A stretch of 64,000 nt of DNA, taken from contig PDSF01000029.1 of assembly GCA_002748355.1 (NCBI GenBank), positions 110,262 to 174,261 on the forward strand, written 5' to 3'. This document shows, piece by piece, positions 19,411 to 27,895 of the stretch. Positions within the stretch are counted from its first letter, which is position 1. Each line of letters begins with the position of its first letter. Source of the DNA: Planctomycetota bacterium (GTDB lineage: Bacteria > Planctomycetota > UBA1135 > GCA-002748355). The position numbers and the translations under genes were made by a program. Under the pieces are notes generated by a model that did not search any database, was not told where the DNA came from, and saw only the letters and a list, made by a program, of their open reading frames with translations.

Positions 19411-20277
19411 CTAGTGGCGGAAGCTCGGGAGTTCACTGCGATAACTGCGCAAGGCATCGGCCTCCCCTCTTCTCCCCAATAAGCCGAGGCTATGCACGAG
19501 GTTGCTCAGGATGCGGAGGAATACGTCTTCCTCACTGCTCGCCTGCAAGCAGCTGGCGTTATAGCCATAACCGAGTTCACGAAGCTTGCGCAGGCAAGCC
19601 TTGCGTGTCAGGACTCGGCCACCGTTGAAGGAGTCGAGATAAAGCGGCCGCGGACCAGGAAAGCGCAGCAAAAAATGTCCAGGCAAGGGCACCGGATCCA
19701 GGTCGAGGCCGATCCGCCGAGCGACGAGCAGATAAAGGGCACAGAGAGCAGCGGGCATGCCTCGACGCCGAACAAGCACACGATGCAAGAAGCAGTTGTC
19801 GGGGTTGTCGTAGCTGTCCCGATCTCCATCAAAGCCCAACTCTCCATAAAAGAAGTGTCGAAACTCACCCGCGAGGGCATGCGGGTCCCTGCCCCGCAAT
19901 CTCGGCTCCAGAAGTGCCGCATAGAGGTCGAGGCCGCGCCTCTGACGATCAGCATCGACTTGGGGATCCACCAACGAACCTATTTCGATCCAGGCCTCTT
20001 CAAGATCGACCTGCTGTGAGCGCAAGCGACCGAGATGATCCCGCTCCCAGAGGTCGAGGTGGATGCGGCGCTGCAAGCTGCGAACACGAGCGCGCGCACG
20101 AGGATCCTCGCACTCTTCGATCTCTTGCAATACTGCAAGAGCCTCCCGCCCAAAACCACGCAAACGCTTGGCGCAAATCTCGTGGATCCTTGGGTTCGAG
20201 TCGAGCAGCAGCTCAGCCATGGCGGACATGGACGAGCGCGTAGGCTCAGGCTCAGGGGAAAGTCCGGACGGGTCCAT
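19411..20277 (-). CDS. SirB1/YchA-like transglutaminase-fold protein
   Basis: 288-aa ORF. DSYDNPDNCFLHRVLVRRRGMPAALCALYLLVARRIGLDLDPVPLPGHFLLRF matches the SirB1-family core as I remember it. Confidence 0.7.
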   Translation of the reverse strand: MDPSGLSPEPEPTRSSMSAMAELLLDSNPRIHEICAKRLRGFGREALAVLQEIEECEDPRARARVRSLQRRIHLDLWERDHLGRLRSQQVDLEEAWIEIGSLVDPQVDADRQRRGLDLYAALLEPRLRGRDPHALAGEFRHFFYGELGFDGDRDSYDNPDNCFLHRVLVRRRGMPAALCALYLLVARRIGLDLDPVPLPGHFLLRFPGPRPLYLDSFNGGRVLTRKACLRKLRELGYGYNASCLQASSEEDVFLRILSNLVHSLGLLGRRGEADALRSYRSELPSFRH

Positions 20278-20517
20278 TTTGCGAGGATGGGAGGAGCTGG
20301 AAGAGATAGCTTAGGAGCAGATCAAGGATAGCCCCGGTCAGCTGGGCAAGAAGCAGCAGCCCCTCTCGCCCCAGGGAGAAAACACAGGCGAATCGACGGA
20401 TTCAGGATTCAACTAGGTCTTTCCGCCAAGGACGGTGCAGACGGTGTTGGCGCAGACGGTGCTTTGCTGCCGTAGGTCCACTTCAACGACCGGCTAGTGC
20501 CCACGCCCGTCATCTCA

Positions 20518-21069
20518 TCAGCCCTTTCCCGGGGACGACGAAGCACCCGGGTCCAATGGCTTCTCCTCGGCAGGAACCTGCTTGGTGATGACGCGGGTTG
20601 TGGGCACAGGCTCGCCCGTCTTCGGGTCCGGCTCAAACATGCCAGGCTGCAGGATGGTGCGGGCATGATCCTCGTGCTCCCAGATCAGGTACCCGGTGCT
20701 CGGGTCACGAAAGCGCCGCACCAAGAGGGCTGGATGCCCCCCCATCACCTCGGGGGGGCAAGGTCCCACGCCATCCGGATCGGGAACCTGAGACTCTGCC
20801 ACCGGGCGCAGCTCTCGCCAAAGTTCCTTCTCCTCGTCACTAGGAAGGAAAGGATCCAGCTGTCGCTGCATGGCCTCACGCTGGGCGAGGGCTTCCCCGA
20901 TGACGGTGCGCGCCGCCGAACGAACGTTGGGGGCCGGAAGCCTAGGCGAGGATTCCGGGGGACGATCTTTGCCCTCCAAGGGCTCAGATTCGGAAAGAAA
21001 GAACCAGGCCGCACTACTAAGGCCCAGGAGCAGAACCAAGATCAGCAGGACTCGCACCAGATCCCCCAC
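20518..21069 (-). CDS. hypothetical N-terminally anchored protein
   Basis: 183-aa ORF with a single N-terminal TM (VRVLLILVLLLGLSSAAWFFL). No domain recognised. Confidence 0.45.
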   Translation of the reverse strand: MGDLVRVLLILVLLLGLSSAAWFFLSESEPLEGKDRPPESSPRLPAPNVRSAARTVIGEALAQREAMQRQLDPFLPSDEEKELWRELRPVAESQVPDPDGVGPCPPEVMGGHPALLVRRFRDPSTGYLIWEHEDHARTILQPGMFEPDPKTGEPVPTTRVITKQVPAEEKPLDPGASSSPGKG

Positions 21070-21169
21070 GCTGAAGAGTCATTCAAAAGCGTCAGGGGCC
21101 CCTGATTCGAGGCCCCTTCGCCCTACGCTGCTGTATCGCAATCGTTCGAAGCGGGTCGCGCGGATCGAA

Positions 21170-22603
21170 TCAATAGTTCCAGCGATATACGAAGGTCGTC
21201 GGCTTCGCATGCTTACCGCGGACGCGCCACTCGGTACCGCCAGGATTTGTCCTTTCACGGACGGCGGTGCGCTCGTTGACCAGGAAGGTGCGCAGCTTAT
21301 GAGTCAACCGGTATTCATCAACCTCGAGCACGCCTGGGCCATCGTTGCGGAGGAACAAGGAAAGCGGAATACCAACAGCAGGACGCTGGATTTTGTGCGC
21401 CACCTTTGCGGTAGCCTTGCCTTGGGTCCACGCCGTCTGCTTCGCAAGCTTGGGGTCATAAAAGAAGCGCATCGTCGCCGCGGTCGAGAACCGAGCCCGC
21501 GCACTCTTGGCGTTAAAGACCAGCGCCTGTGCACTCCAGCAGGGGAAGCTGGCGACTAGAGGGCGGACGGCCTTGGGGATCGTCAAGGTAAAGGTCGCCA
21601 CCCCCTTCGCATCCAGTGGTGCCGAAAAAGGAAGAGCGCCGAGCGAGGAGAACAGCGGGTCAGCCCCAGGGTTAAGCCAGAATTCGCCAAAGGGGGTCGC
21701 GATCCCCTTGTTCAGCATCGCCATCGAACTGAACAGGAAGGCGACACTACCTGCGTTCTGGGCCCCGGCCTGAACCTGCCAAACAAGGTTGTCCTCGCGC
21801 TTCACCTGTTGCTTGCCGACATTGTTTACGTCGGGATCAAAGCCGCCGTACCCATAATTCGGGTTGGAGCAGGTTCCGTTATACACGGCATTCTCGACGC
21901 CTGTATTCAGAGTCACCTCATCCCAGCCCATATCGAAACGCCACGAGCGATGCAGGTCGGAAAAGGTGTTATTGAGGCCTGAACTCTGGGCAAGCTTGTT
22001 ACCCGGAATGATCGCCGTCCCTTCGACTCGATTCATCTCACGGTGATAAGAGCGCGAGGATGCCGTATAGCACTGCGGGGTGTTCGCACTGTTCGGCAAG
22101 CCAGTATCCGCCTGGGACATGTGCAGACTTATGCCGTCCTTCGACCAATTCGTCTTCGTCTTCAGATGCCAAGCAAAGATCAGCCGGCCTCTCGGAACTG
22201 CGATCTTCACAGCGTTGGCGGGAGCAGTAAGAGTGTGGGTGATCGCCCAGGCCCCCACCCCTGTGCCGACGCTCAGTCGGTTGTTGGCAACGATGACCTT
22301 ACCCCCAGCATAATCGGGGTTACCGGAGCCTTTTGGATCCAAACTGGTCCATAGGAAATCCCACGGCTCGACGGTAGCCATATTTTGATCCTGCACCAGG
22401 TAAGACGCAGAAGTCAGGGTCTTCGCACCGGCTATCGCGCCGAAGGGGACGGCTTGCGAGATATACCCGGCATTGGAGCCAACATTGGCCCGCGAGGTGT
22501 ACTCTGTCGTCTGATCCCAGATGCTACGTTTGTTTGAACTCAAAGTCTGGGCAGATGCGCTAGCAACGATCGCCGCGACGGCGAGAGCGAGAGAGGTTTT
22601 CAT
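21170..22603 (-). CDS. secreted protein of unknown function (N/S/T/G-rich)
   Basis: I chose the start at ATG 22603 (MKTSLALAVAAIVASASAQT, a clear signal peptide, with GGAG about 15 nt upstream) rather than the track start at 22753. The C-terminus has alternating aromatics (TFVYRWNY). G+C is lower than the flanks. Confidence 0.6.
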   Translation of the reverse strand: MKTSLALAVAAIVASASAQTLSSNKRSIWDQTTEYTSRANVGSNAGYISQAVPFGAIAGAKTLTSASYLVQDQNMATVEPWDFLWTSLDPKGSGNPDYAGGKVIVANNRLSVGTGVGAWAITHTLTAPANAVKIAVPRGRLIFAWHLKTKTNWSKDGISLHMSQADTGLPNSANTPQCYTASSRSYHREMNRVEGTAIIPGNKLAQSSGLNNTFSDLHRSWRFDMGWDEVTLNTGVENAVYNGTCSNPNYGYGGFDPDVNNVGKQQVKREDNLVWQVQAGAQNAGSVAFLFSSMAMLNKGIATPFGEFWLNPGADPLFSSLGALPFSAPLDAKGVATFTLTIPKAVRPLVASFPCWSAQALVFNAKSARARFSTAATMRFFYDPKLAKQTAWTQGKATAKVAHKIQRPAVGIPLSLFLRNDGPGVLEVDEYRLTHKLRTFLVNERTAVRERTNPGGTEWRVRGKHAKPTTFVYRWNY

Positions 22604-22618
22604 AGAAGGCAAGACTCC

Positions 22619-22658
22619 AAGAAGAAGAGAGAAGAAGAGAAAGAGGAGAAAGAAAGAA
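22619..22658. repeat. 40-nt uninterrupted polypurine (plus strand) / polypyrimidine tract with a 17-nt mirror repeat
   Basis: aagaagaagagagaagaagagaaagaggagaaagaaagaa. The segment gaagaagagagaagaag (22621-22637) is mirror-symmetric. The tract lies 16-55 nt upstream of ATG 22603 on the coding (minus) strand. Confidence 0.9.
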
Positions 22659-22998
22659 TCGCGATTCGCAGCAAGCGCCAGAAAAACAGGCTGCTGGGAC
22701 TGCGCGCCCGGCCACCGCAAATCACGCCCATCGGCCCAGCACCGGCCGCTCACCAGACGTCTTCACCGAACTCGTCTTCGCGATGCTATGGAACTCCGGT
22801 GGCTGGAGAGGCCCTAGCCGACTTCGGCACAGGGAAAAACGGCTCACGCGGCCAAGGCCACGTGAGCCAGAAGAGTCTGGCATCATTCCTGACCGGCAGG
22901 AATCAGGCAAGCCCCCCAGATCTGGGAAACGGGAGAGGCTCCACAAGTAGCCCCCGAAGCCCCCCCTTTCTCCTGCACGCCCCCGGCCTCAAACGCGA

Positions 22999-23032
22999 GC
23001 CGCCCTGGACACACAGCCGCCCTGGACACACA
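22999..23032. repeat. 17-bp perfect tandem duplication
   Basis: gccgccctggacacaca occurs twice. The second copy can pair with the downstream ccagggcg (cgccctgg/ccagggcg). Confidence 0.9.
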
Positions 23033-23076
23033 AGGTGGCCCAGGGCGACGATCTATCGCACCGAAGCTTCGGCGCG

Positions 23077-23110
23077 AGCGTGGTGCGGATCTAAGCGTGG
23101 TGCGGATCTA
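23077..23110. repeat. 17-bp perfect tandem duplication abutting and resembling the tRNA-Leu 3' end
   Basis: agcgtggtgcggatcta occurs twice, followed by gctgtggtgccgagga, which is the tRNA 3' terminus on this strand. The 12-bp palindrome ccgaagcttcgg lies at 23061-23072. Confidence 0.85.
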
Positions 23111-23114
23111 GCTG

Positions 23115-23203
23115 TGGTGCCGAGGACAGGATTTGAACCTGCACGCTCAATAAAGAGCACCAGCCCCTCAAGCTGGCGTGTCTGCCAATTTCACCACCTC
23201 GGC
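23115..23203 (-). tRNA. tRNA-Leu (anticodon GAG), class II, CCA encoded
   Basis: The reverse complement folds as follows. Acceptor GCCGAGG/CCTCGGC. Anticodon stem CCAGC/GCTGG with loop TTGAGGG. Variable arm GCTC-TTTATT-GAGC. T arm GCAGG-TTCAAAT-CCTGT. Discriminator A followed by CCA. Confidence 0.9.
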
Positions 23204-23371
23204 CGGCAGTGCCCCCATAGCTCGTCGCATTGGAGGGGCGGGAAGGCTAGCGAGGCCGGAAGGGGCCCGCAAGCGCGGGCTCGGCTTCGAACCGAGTTTT
23301 TCCCCCTCACCTAGGCCATCGCAAGCAGCGAAAGGCAGCGCGCAGTCGCCTTCGGCCACAAGGAGCCAGGC

Positions 23372-25432
23372 TCAGTAGCGCAGGAAGGCTCGCAGTTCAC
23401 ACTCGACCCTGCGCGGCTCGCTCCGAATCAACAGATAGGCGGCGTCGAGGAACTCGAGGTAGCGCTGCATGTCTTCGAACTCGCTCACCATCTGCTGCCC
23501 CCGCCCTTGCCCCTCGCTCTGCCAGCGCACGCCCAGCACGTCCGAGACACGCTTCTCGAAAGCTTCGCGATCGGCACCTCGGAGTTCGAACTTGCTCGCG
23601 GCCTTGCGCTTGAACTCCTGCTCGAAGATCCGGCGCTCCACCGCTGGTCGGTTGACGATCATCCAATTGGGATCGGGCTCATTGCTCCGAACCGCATCGA
23701 GGGCGAACTGAAGGTAACGCGAAAGGATGCCGCGAACATTCTCCCCCTCGACCCAGGCAAAACCGGAGAGCTTCTCGTTTTTCCCCATCCTCTGGATGTT
23801 CTCCAGTAGCCGCTCGTTCGTCCCGATCGAGCGGGCGCCCTTCTCGTTGAAATAACTGCGAACGCACTCCTGCAGGAGCTTGCCCGAGTTACTCAGCATC
23901 AGCAGATCTCCAAGCTGCGATCCTCCCTCCAGAATCGCGATCTGCCCGGTCCCGGGGATATTCGTGCTCGGCCACTCGTCGATGCGAACAGCGCCACCCG
24001 GCCCGGTGTTGATCTCGTATTGGCTCTGGAAGCCAAAACGCCGGTAGTTCTTACGCAGCAGCCCCAGCACCTGATCGATGCGCTCTTGCTCGCGCTTGCG
24101 GACTTCGACAACCCAAGCGACGGCTGGAGCCGGGCTGGGAATCTTGACCTCGTATTCCGTCTGGAACTTCGGGTAATCGTTATTGCGGATAATCACCAGA
24201 ACGTAGGGCTTAAGGCCCCGGGCAAAGCTCTCGATCAGGCCTCGCACACCACCGCGTTGCCCCGATCGGCGCAGCCCTTCGTCGATTAGGTCGCGCGCGT
24301 CCTTCTCCAAGCTGGCCACGAACTCTTCCAAGAAGAGCTGGACAGGTAGGCGCAGCATGAGAAAGCCCGCAGCCGTCGAGGGAATGCAACGGAGCTTCGG
24401 ACGCAACCAGCGATTCACATCTCCTGGCTGCGTCGAATAGAAGCTCGTCTGCTGCGGCGTCAGCTCGTTGCGATTCATATCGATGGTCAGCAGCGCCGAA
24501 ATCGAATCCTCGTTGAAATCGATCGCCCCCCACAGAGCGCGCATCGCCTTGGTCTGCACAAAGGAGCCCAGCAGCTTGCTCTCCTGACTCAGATCCGGCC
24601 CCTCACCTGGCCAGGCGGCAAAGGCAGGGAAGTCCCGCGCCAGCCGGGTCAAATCGAGGTTGAGTTCGACCGCATTGGCTCTGAATCCTTGTCGCTCAGC
24701 AAAGGCATCGAGCTGGCCCAAGACCAAATCCTGGTAGTCGGGCGAGACCTGCAGCGTGTCCTTAGCCAGCTCGCCAGCGGCCAGCGCCCGGGACTCTGCG
24801 ACAAAGTCCTTGTCGTTGCCCAGGATGATCAAATCAAGGACACGGGCCATCCAGAGCACCGGAGCTCCGGGCGGCTGCAGCTGAACCAAGTCCCCATCGA
24901 GGGACAGTGCCAGCCCCTGATTCGCCATCTTTTCGCGCACCAAGCTGTAGCCGAGCAAGTTGTAGAACGAGCAGATTTTCCAAGAGACCCGAGCGTAGCT
25001 GGCCCAAGTCGGAGGCTGCCCGGAGCCGCGCAAGCGGCCGGCAATCGCAAGATCCTCCCCCAGGACATCGCCCAAGATCGTCACATTGAGCAAGGGGATC
25101 TCGGCCAGCTGATCCTGGACCCGCTCCAATTCCTCCAGCGCCTGGCCGAGCCCGGCCTGGTTGAGGGCATAGCTATGGAGCTTGGAGCGGCGCAGCTGCA
25201 CATACGCCGGCCCGCTCTCGAATCGCGACCAGAACTGTGGCTCTGGAAACTTGGTGAAGTCTCCTGCCAGCCCTCGCTTCCCCAGATAAAAATCGACGGT
25301 CCGCGGGATGCCCGTCCGGATATCGACAACCGAGCCCTCGAAGACGTTGTAGACAAAGGCCGTAAAGGCCAAGGAACCGAACACGGCGAGGCTCACCAGT
25401 CCGATGCCGGTGTATTTGAGGATCTTTTTCAT
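23372..25432 (-). CDS. large N-terminally anchored protein of unknown function
   Basis: 686-aa ORF with an N-terminal TM (IGLVSLAVFGSLAFTAFVYNVF). The rest is predicted soluble. No motif recognised. Confidence 0.6.
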   Translation of the reverse strand: MKKILKYTGIGLVSLAVFGSLAFTAFVYNVFEGSVVDIRTGIPRTVDFYLGKRGLAGDFTKFPEPQFWSRFESGPAYVQLRRSKLHSYALNQAGLGQALEELERVQDQLAEIPLLNVTILGDVLGEDLAIAGRLRGSGQPPTWASYARVSWKICSFYNLLGYSLVREKMANQGLALSLDGDLVQLQPPGAPVLWMARVLDLIILGNDKDFVAESRALAAGELAKDTLQVSPDYQDLVLGQLDAFAERQGFRANAVELNLDLTRLARDFPAFAAWPGEGPDLSQESKLLGSFVQTKAMRALWGAIDFNEDSISALLTIDMNRNELTPQQTSFYSTQPGDVNRWLRPKLRCIPSTAAGFLMLRLPVQLFLEEFVASLEKDARDLIDEGLRRSGQRGGVRGLIESFARGLKPYVLVIIRNNDYPKFQTEYEVKIPSPAPAVAWVVEVRKREQERIDQVLGLLRKNYRRFGFQSQYEINTGPGGAVRIDEWPSTNIPGTGQIAILEGGSQLGDLLMLSNSGKLLQECVRSYFNEKGARSIGTNERLLENIQRMGKNEKLSGFAWVEGENVRGILSRYLQFALDAVRSNEPDPNWMIVNRPAVERRIFEQEFKRKAASKFELRGADREAFEKRVSDVLGVRWQSEGQGRGQQMVSEFEDMQRYLEFLDAAYLLIRSEPRRVECELRAFLRY

Positions 25433-25642
25433 CTCTACGCTGCTATGGGGTCCCTGGGGAGGGAGGGCTTGGACGCCTGGAAGGTTTCGAGATTGCGGGA
25501 CTCATCGAAGCCGCTGTACTTCAGGCTTACCAGCAGCTAGCCTGCTCCCATTGGCCGAGGAGATCCCGTCCTTTTCTCCGTCGGCAGATAGAGACCTGAG
25601 CCGTTAGGCTCCTGGGCCGACTTCACACACAGGCTCGCTCCC

Positions 25643-26830
25643 GTGAAAATCTCTAGCACGCTCGCTCTGATCTCCGAATCCACCACCCTCGCTATCACCG
25701 CCCGGGCCGCCAAGCTCCGTAGCGAAGGAAGGGACGTCATCTCGCTCTCTGCTGGAGAGCCGGACTTCCAAACACCCGAAATCCCTAGTCAGGGCGGGAT
25801 TCGCGCCATCAAAACCGGCAAGACCAAGTACACCGCGGCAGCGGGTCTACCCCTGCTCCGCGCCGCAGTGGCGCGCTCGCTCGCTCGCGACTTTGGGATG
25901 AAATACTCGCGCGAGGAGATCTGCATCACGGCCGGGACCAAGCCTGCCATTCACCTCAGTCTCCTGAGCTTGCTGGAGAAGGGCGACCGCGTGATCGTGA
26001 TGGCGCCCTACTGGGTCTCCTACCCCGACCTGGTGCGATTGGCTGGTGGCGTGCCCTTGCTGCTGCAAGGGCACGAAGAGGACGATTTCCTGCCCGATGA
26101 AGCCGAGATCGCCAAGCTGTTCGAAGAGGGCGCTTCAGGAATCATCCTCAATAGCCCATGCAATCCGACCGGCACGGTCTGGCCACGGGAACGGATCGCG
26201 AGCCTGGTTCAGCTCTGCGAAAAGCACGATGCGTGGATCCTCTCTGACGAGATCTACGGCCAGATTCTTTATGACGACGCCGAGCATGTCTCGCCGGCCC
26301 AGCTGCCAGGCGGGCGCGAGCGAACCGTGGTATTGAACGGCTTCTCCAAGTCCTTCTCGATGACCGGCTGGCGCATCGGCTACTTGGCAGCCCCAGAAAA
26401 CCTGACACAGTCGGTCATCCGCGCGCAAAGCCAGATGATCGGCAACCCCTGCACCCCTTCGCAGCACGCGGCGCTCGCAGCGCTGAGCGAGGACTCCCAA
26501 GCCTCGCGCCTGGAGATGGTCGAAGCGTTCGCCGAGCGCCGCGCCTACATGCTGGATGCCATCCCCAAGCTCCCGGGCTTCACCCTGCGAGCGCCGGAGG
26601 GTGCCTTCTACCTGTTCCCGGGCGTGCAAGGGGCCTTGCAAAAGCTCGGCATCGATGATGTCGAATTTGCCAAACGACTACTCGACGAAGCCCTGCTCGC
26701 GGTGGTGCCCGGCTCAGCCTTCGGGCTCCCAGGCCACCTCCGTGTGTCCTTCGCCTCCTCGATCGACGACCTGCAGCACGCGGTCGAGCGTATCGAGAGC
26801 TTCCTCTCTGCAGCCGGAGTCTCCGTATGA
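25643..26830 (+). CDS. pyridoxal-phosphate-dependent aminotransferase, class I (aspartate aminotransferase-like)
   Basis: 395-aa ORF with a GTG start. Contains NSPCNPTG and the PLP-lysine region NGFSKSFSMTGWRIGY. Confidence 0.88.
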   Translation: MKISSTLALISESTTLAITARAAKLRSEGRDVISLSAGEPDFQTPEIPSQGGIRAIKTGKTKYTAAAGLPLLRAAVARSLARDFGMKYSREEICITAGTKPAIHLSLLSLLEKGDRVIVMAPYWVSYPDLVRLAGGVPLLLQGHEEDDFLPDEAEIAKLFEEGASGIILNSPCNPTGTVWPRERIASLVQLCEKHDAWILSDEIYGQILYDDAEHVSPAQLPGGRERTVVLNGFSKSFSMTGWRIGYLAAPENLTQSVIRAQSQMIGNPCTPSQHAALAALSEDSQASRLEMVEAFAERRAYMLDAIPKLPGFTLRAPEGAFYLFPGVQGALQKLGIDDVEFAKRLLDEALLAVVPGSAFGLPGHLRVSFASSIDDLQHAVERIESFLSAAGVSV

Positions 26831-27864
26831 GCGCGGAGCGCCTGCTCCGCCTTGAGCAACTGGGCAGTGAGCCAGGGGACATCTTTCTGCGGCTGGTCTC
26901 CATCGAACGCAAGCGCACCAGCAAGGGCGACCCCTATCTCGACCTTGAACTCGCCGACGGCAGCCGTTCACTCCCGGGCAAACTCTGGAGCAACTCACCC
27001 GGCTTCAACGAGGTTGCAGACCTCAAGGCTGGGGCCGTCGTCAAGATCCGTGCAGCCCTCGATGAATACCGCGGCCAAAAGCAGCTCAGGCTCCTGCGCA
27101 TGCGCGAAGCGGTTCCGAGTGACGAGTGGAACCCCGAGCAGCTCTATGGCCAAGGTATCGAAACTGTGCGCGACCTGATCGCCAAACGCCTGGTCTTTGA
27201 CATCGAGACCGCCCCCATCCGCGCCGTCGGCGAGCTGCCAGAGAAGCTACAACAAGACGTGCAGCGTCTCGCCGAGGACCGGGGTTGGCCCACTGAAAAG
27301 GTGCTAGGACTCAACCCGCTGTTCTCGCGGGTCGTCTCCATCGCAATTGGCGATATCGACGGCAGCGGTGGAGCCGTGCTCTTCGCCCCTAAGGACGAGC
27401 ACATCGAGCGCTTGACCAAAGAAGGCGAGGGAGAGCAATGGCTGCGGGTCTCAAGCGAAACCGAGATGCTCCGCTCCTTCTGGACTCTAGGCTGCAACTG
27501 TGAGCTCCTGGTGAGCTACAACGGCCGTGGTTTCGACCTGCCGTTCCTGCGCACGCGCAGCGCCATTCTCGGAGTGCCAGCACGGCGGGATTTCGTGTCC
27601 CAGCCGCCCTACGTGCACAAGCCCCATCTCGACCTCTACCAAATCGTCACCGGCGGCATGCGCGGCGGCCCTATGAACCTCGATGCAGCTTGCTACGCCT
27701 TCGGCATCGAGAGCCCTAAGGACGCGATGGACGGCTCTCAGGTCGGCCCGGCCTTCCACGAGGGACGCTACATGGACATTGCGAGATACAACCTCGCAGA
27801 CATCGACGCGACCCGGAGCCTTTTCCACCGCCTATCCGAGACGGTGCTGGACCACCTCAGCTAA
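26827..27864 (+). CDS. OB-fold plus RNase H-like (PolB-exonuclease-like, DEDD) 3'-5' exonuclease family protein
   Basis: 345-aa ORF. The N-terminal ~90 aa are OB-like. Exonuclease motifs LVFDIETAP, SYNGRGFDLPFL and HLDLY are present. The ATG overlaps the aminotransferase stop (ATGA at 26827-26830). Confidence 0.65.
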   Translation: MSAERLLRLEQLGSEPGDIFLRLVSIERKRTSKGDPYLDLELADGSRSLPGKLWSNSPGFNEVADLKAGAVVKIRAALDEYRGQKQLRLLRMREAVPSDEWNPEQLYGQGIETVRDLIAKRLVFDIETAPIRAVGELPEKLQQDVQRLAEDRGWPTEKVLGLNPLFSRVVSIAIGDIDGSGGAVLFAPKDEHIERLTKEGEGEQWLRVSSETEMLRSFWTLGCNCELLVSYNGRGFDLPFLRTRSAILGVPARRDFVSQPPYVHKPHLDLYQIVTGGMRGGPMNLDAACYAFGIESPKDAMDGSQVGPAFHEGRYMDIARYNLADIDATRSLFHRLSETVLDHLS

Positions 27865-27895
27865 GAGTTCGCCCAAGGACAGCCATGGACTCCGC

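Noticed and set aside
20431-20461. The triple gacggtg motif as the distal att site of a tRNA-Leu-integrated island.
   Set aside because: Its similarity to the tRNA 3' end and flank repeats is only about 7 of 10 nt, which chance could produce at this GC content. It is mentioned as a weak lead only.
21170-22603. A firm annotation as an outer-membrane porin or beta-barrel.
   Set aside because: Only the C-terminal alternating-aromatic pattern and the composition support it. An internal segment resembles the C-terminal module of the soluble secreted protease, so I left it as a secreted protein of unknown function.
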